Source of the DNA: Acanthaster planci
Lineage: Eukaryota
Assembly: GCF_001949145.1 (NCBI RefSeq)
Contig: NW_019091362.1
Coordinates: 2,239,838-2,303,837 of the forward strand
DNA: 64,000 nucleotides
Direction of reading: 5' to 3'
This document shows, in pieces, positions 61,971-64,000 of this stretch; position 1 is the first letter of the stretch; each line of letters starts with the position of its first letter. The notes under the pieces are model-generated. The model did not search any database, was not told the origin of the DNA, and saw only the letters and a program-made list of their open reading frames with translations. A program made the translations under genes and the position numbers.

Positions 61971-63198
61971 CTGGGGGAAAATTCATATTAAAAAGAGAGA
62001 AAATTTACCATTTGCCATGTTGTATACAATGCTGCAAATACAAATGATGCTGTCTTGTTTCTTAATTTTGTTTATTCGTGTACAAACCAATTGCGTGTGA
62101 TAAAAAGAGGACTGCATTTGAAATTTCATGTATTTGTCTCTAACATTTGTTCCCCAAATCCTGGTATAAACTCGTGTCCAAGTTTAGTTGAAAAATAACC
62201 CAGCTTCTTTTTTTTTTGACTGGTCCAAGACAATTATTTGTGGTACAAACTTAACGAGAAGTCTATTCATCTGATGGCACTTTTTACCACAAAGGGGTTC
62301 TGAGTCCATTGTCGTACTAGCATACTCAAAGAAATTTGTTGTCGTCAGCGTGCATAATGCATGGCAGTTCTCATAATCAGGCTGATTTACAGTGCTTTTT
62401 CTTACTTAAAGTCTTTTTTACCCTGGTTTACATTGTGATATTTAGAGTAGACTGGCTCTCAAACTTAACGATACTGACTATTTCAAGAGAGCTTTAAGTC
62501 CAGTAGCCACCATGGTCCTGTGTCTGAAACAAAAGGAATTCTTCCCATTTCCAAAATTTCCACAACTGGCCAACATTCTCCAAACCCATTACCGGTATGT
62601 TGATATTCCGGAATTAGCAAGAATATCTGCAAAAATTGAGTGAGTATAATTGCTTCTCTTTGCAGTTTTCCCAACCCAATTCTGAAACAGTTCCTTGGTT
62701 TTACTTGGATGTTCCTGTATATTCATCTGAATGACTTCTTCACGAGTTTGATTACAATGACTGTTGGCAAAAGTACGGACTTATGCATGCGGCATCTAAA
62801 AATAGAAGGTACATGTACATCCTAGACATGACGTTACTCTTCATTTCGGGAGACAGTGTTTAATTTCTGTACATGTTACAGAAATGGCATACTTAGACCA
62901 GTTGTTATCGCTTGACTTCTCAGTTGGGCAATGGAGGGCTCTCTTCAAATTGGACACAGAGCCAAATAGGCCGACAAACGTCAACTGGTTAGGCCATAGA
63001 GGAGGGCACAATCGAATAAACAAGAGACGATACTTTGCTTTCATTTCAGAGGCTTTTGAGAGGTGGAGAGCAATTTCACTCCATGTACATCTACATGTAT
63101 GGATACATTTGAGAAGATTTTCAGATAAGAGAGACTGTCCAGTTGTAGTATTTTTGAATTGGAAGAAATCTAGCTGTGCATGTGGCATGAGGGCCATA

Positions 63199-63365
63199 CG
63201 GCCGTTTCACAATAGTGCGCCACTAAGAGTTTGAAACGCATTGGCAAACACAACGCGCAGAATTTGTCCACCCATTGCACGTTTGGAAAGGGCCGACAAA
63301 TTTCGCACATTCTGATTGGCCAAAGCGTTGCAAACTCTTGGTGGCGCACTATTGTGAATCGCTGG
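63199..63365. mobile_element. Tc1/mariner-like palindromic MITE in a MGAT5 intron
   Basis: TTCACAATAGTGCGCCAC vs GTGGCGCACTATTGTGAA arms, TA on both flanks, second partial copy at about 13150. Confidence 0.75.
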
Positions 63366-64000
63366 TATTATGTATGCTTTGTGTAGAGTGGAGTGGAAAG
63401 TCAGATTTCTCAACACTGGAGCACATCTGGATTTCTGCACATCAAAACTACGTCTGAAATTTTGATGTTTGCCTCCAAAAATGATGGCTACTAACTAGCC
63501 AGTTCAGCGTCTAATTTGTGCATGAAGTGGAAGTGAGAAATCCAGGCAGGAGTAATTCAACTTTGATAAGCTCCAAGTTAACTTCATTTTAATGTTTAAA
63601 CTCCAATGATTAAAAAAAAAAAATGCAGAGCGGCTGGAAGAATGCTTATAATGTGTACTGGCCTCAGCAAAATCCCGACAAGGTGACTTTACATTGCAGA
63701 GGTGGCAGTCACTAAAAAAACTACAGAGCAGGAATAAACGACAAGTGATCTCACTATTCAGCCCTGGCCATGCCGAACCCAACAGGATACAACAACGTTT
63801 TCTAGCTGTCATATGTTGGTTTCAGCAGGCTTCACACATTAAGGCTGTTGGATGTCGTTGAGCTCATCAGGGTTGCAGCACAATAGGCCAATTGTGCCCA
63901 GTAAGTCACGTGACCAGGATATTGAAAATCAACAAACATGATGCCCTCCCATAGGAGAGTATGTCAAAAGTGTCGTTTACCAAAAATAAAGCTGACGGTC

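Noticed and set aside
1..64000. CRISPR arrays, operons or other prokaryotic systems
   Set aside because: The sequence is spliceosomal-intron eukaryotic DNA and I saw no repeat-spacer arrays.

Overview
Eukaryotic, intron-rich animal genomic DNA with three assembly gaps, probably from an invertebrate deuterostome such as a sea star (inference from repeat style and protein similarity only). The ORF track is mostly noise because the real genes are spliced. I reconstructed three protein-coding genes by hand with consistent GT-AG sites and phases. (1) Syntaxin-17 (+): 6 coding exons, 6103-14544, 342 aa, complete. (2) An uncharacterised secreted protein (-): 9 coding exons, 20864-38574, about 517 aa, with a signal peptide, a prohormone-like N-terminal region with dibasic sites, 7 LDL-receptor class A repeats and a Thr-rich tail, and no transmembrane segment. 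(3) The last six coding exons of MGAT5/GnT-V (-), 56442-61970, 5'-truncated by the window edge. Introns and intergenic DNA carry many non-autonomous DNA transposons/MITEs (hAT-type with 8-bp TSDs, CACTA-like, Tc1/mariner-like, foldbacks), one tRNA-derived SINE, a short TTAGGG tract and simple repeats. The secreted 7xLDLa gene is the best candidate for something undescribed. There are no prokaryotic-type systems such as CRISPR or operons.
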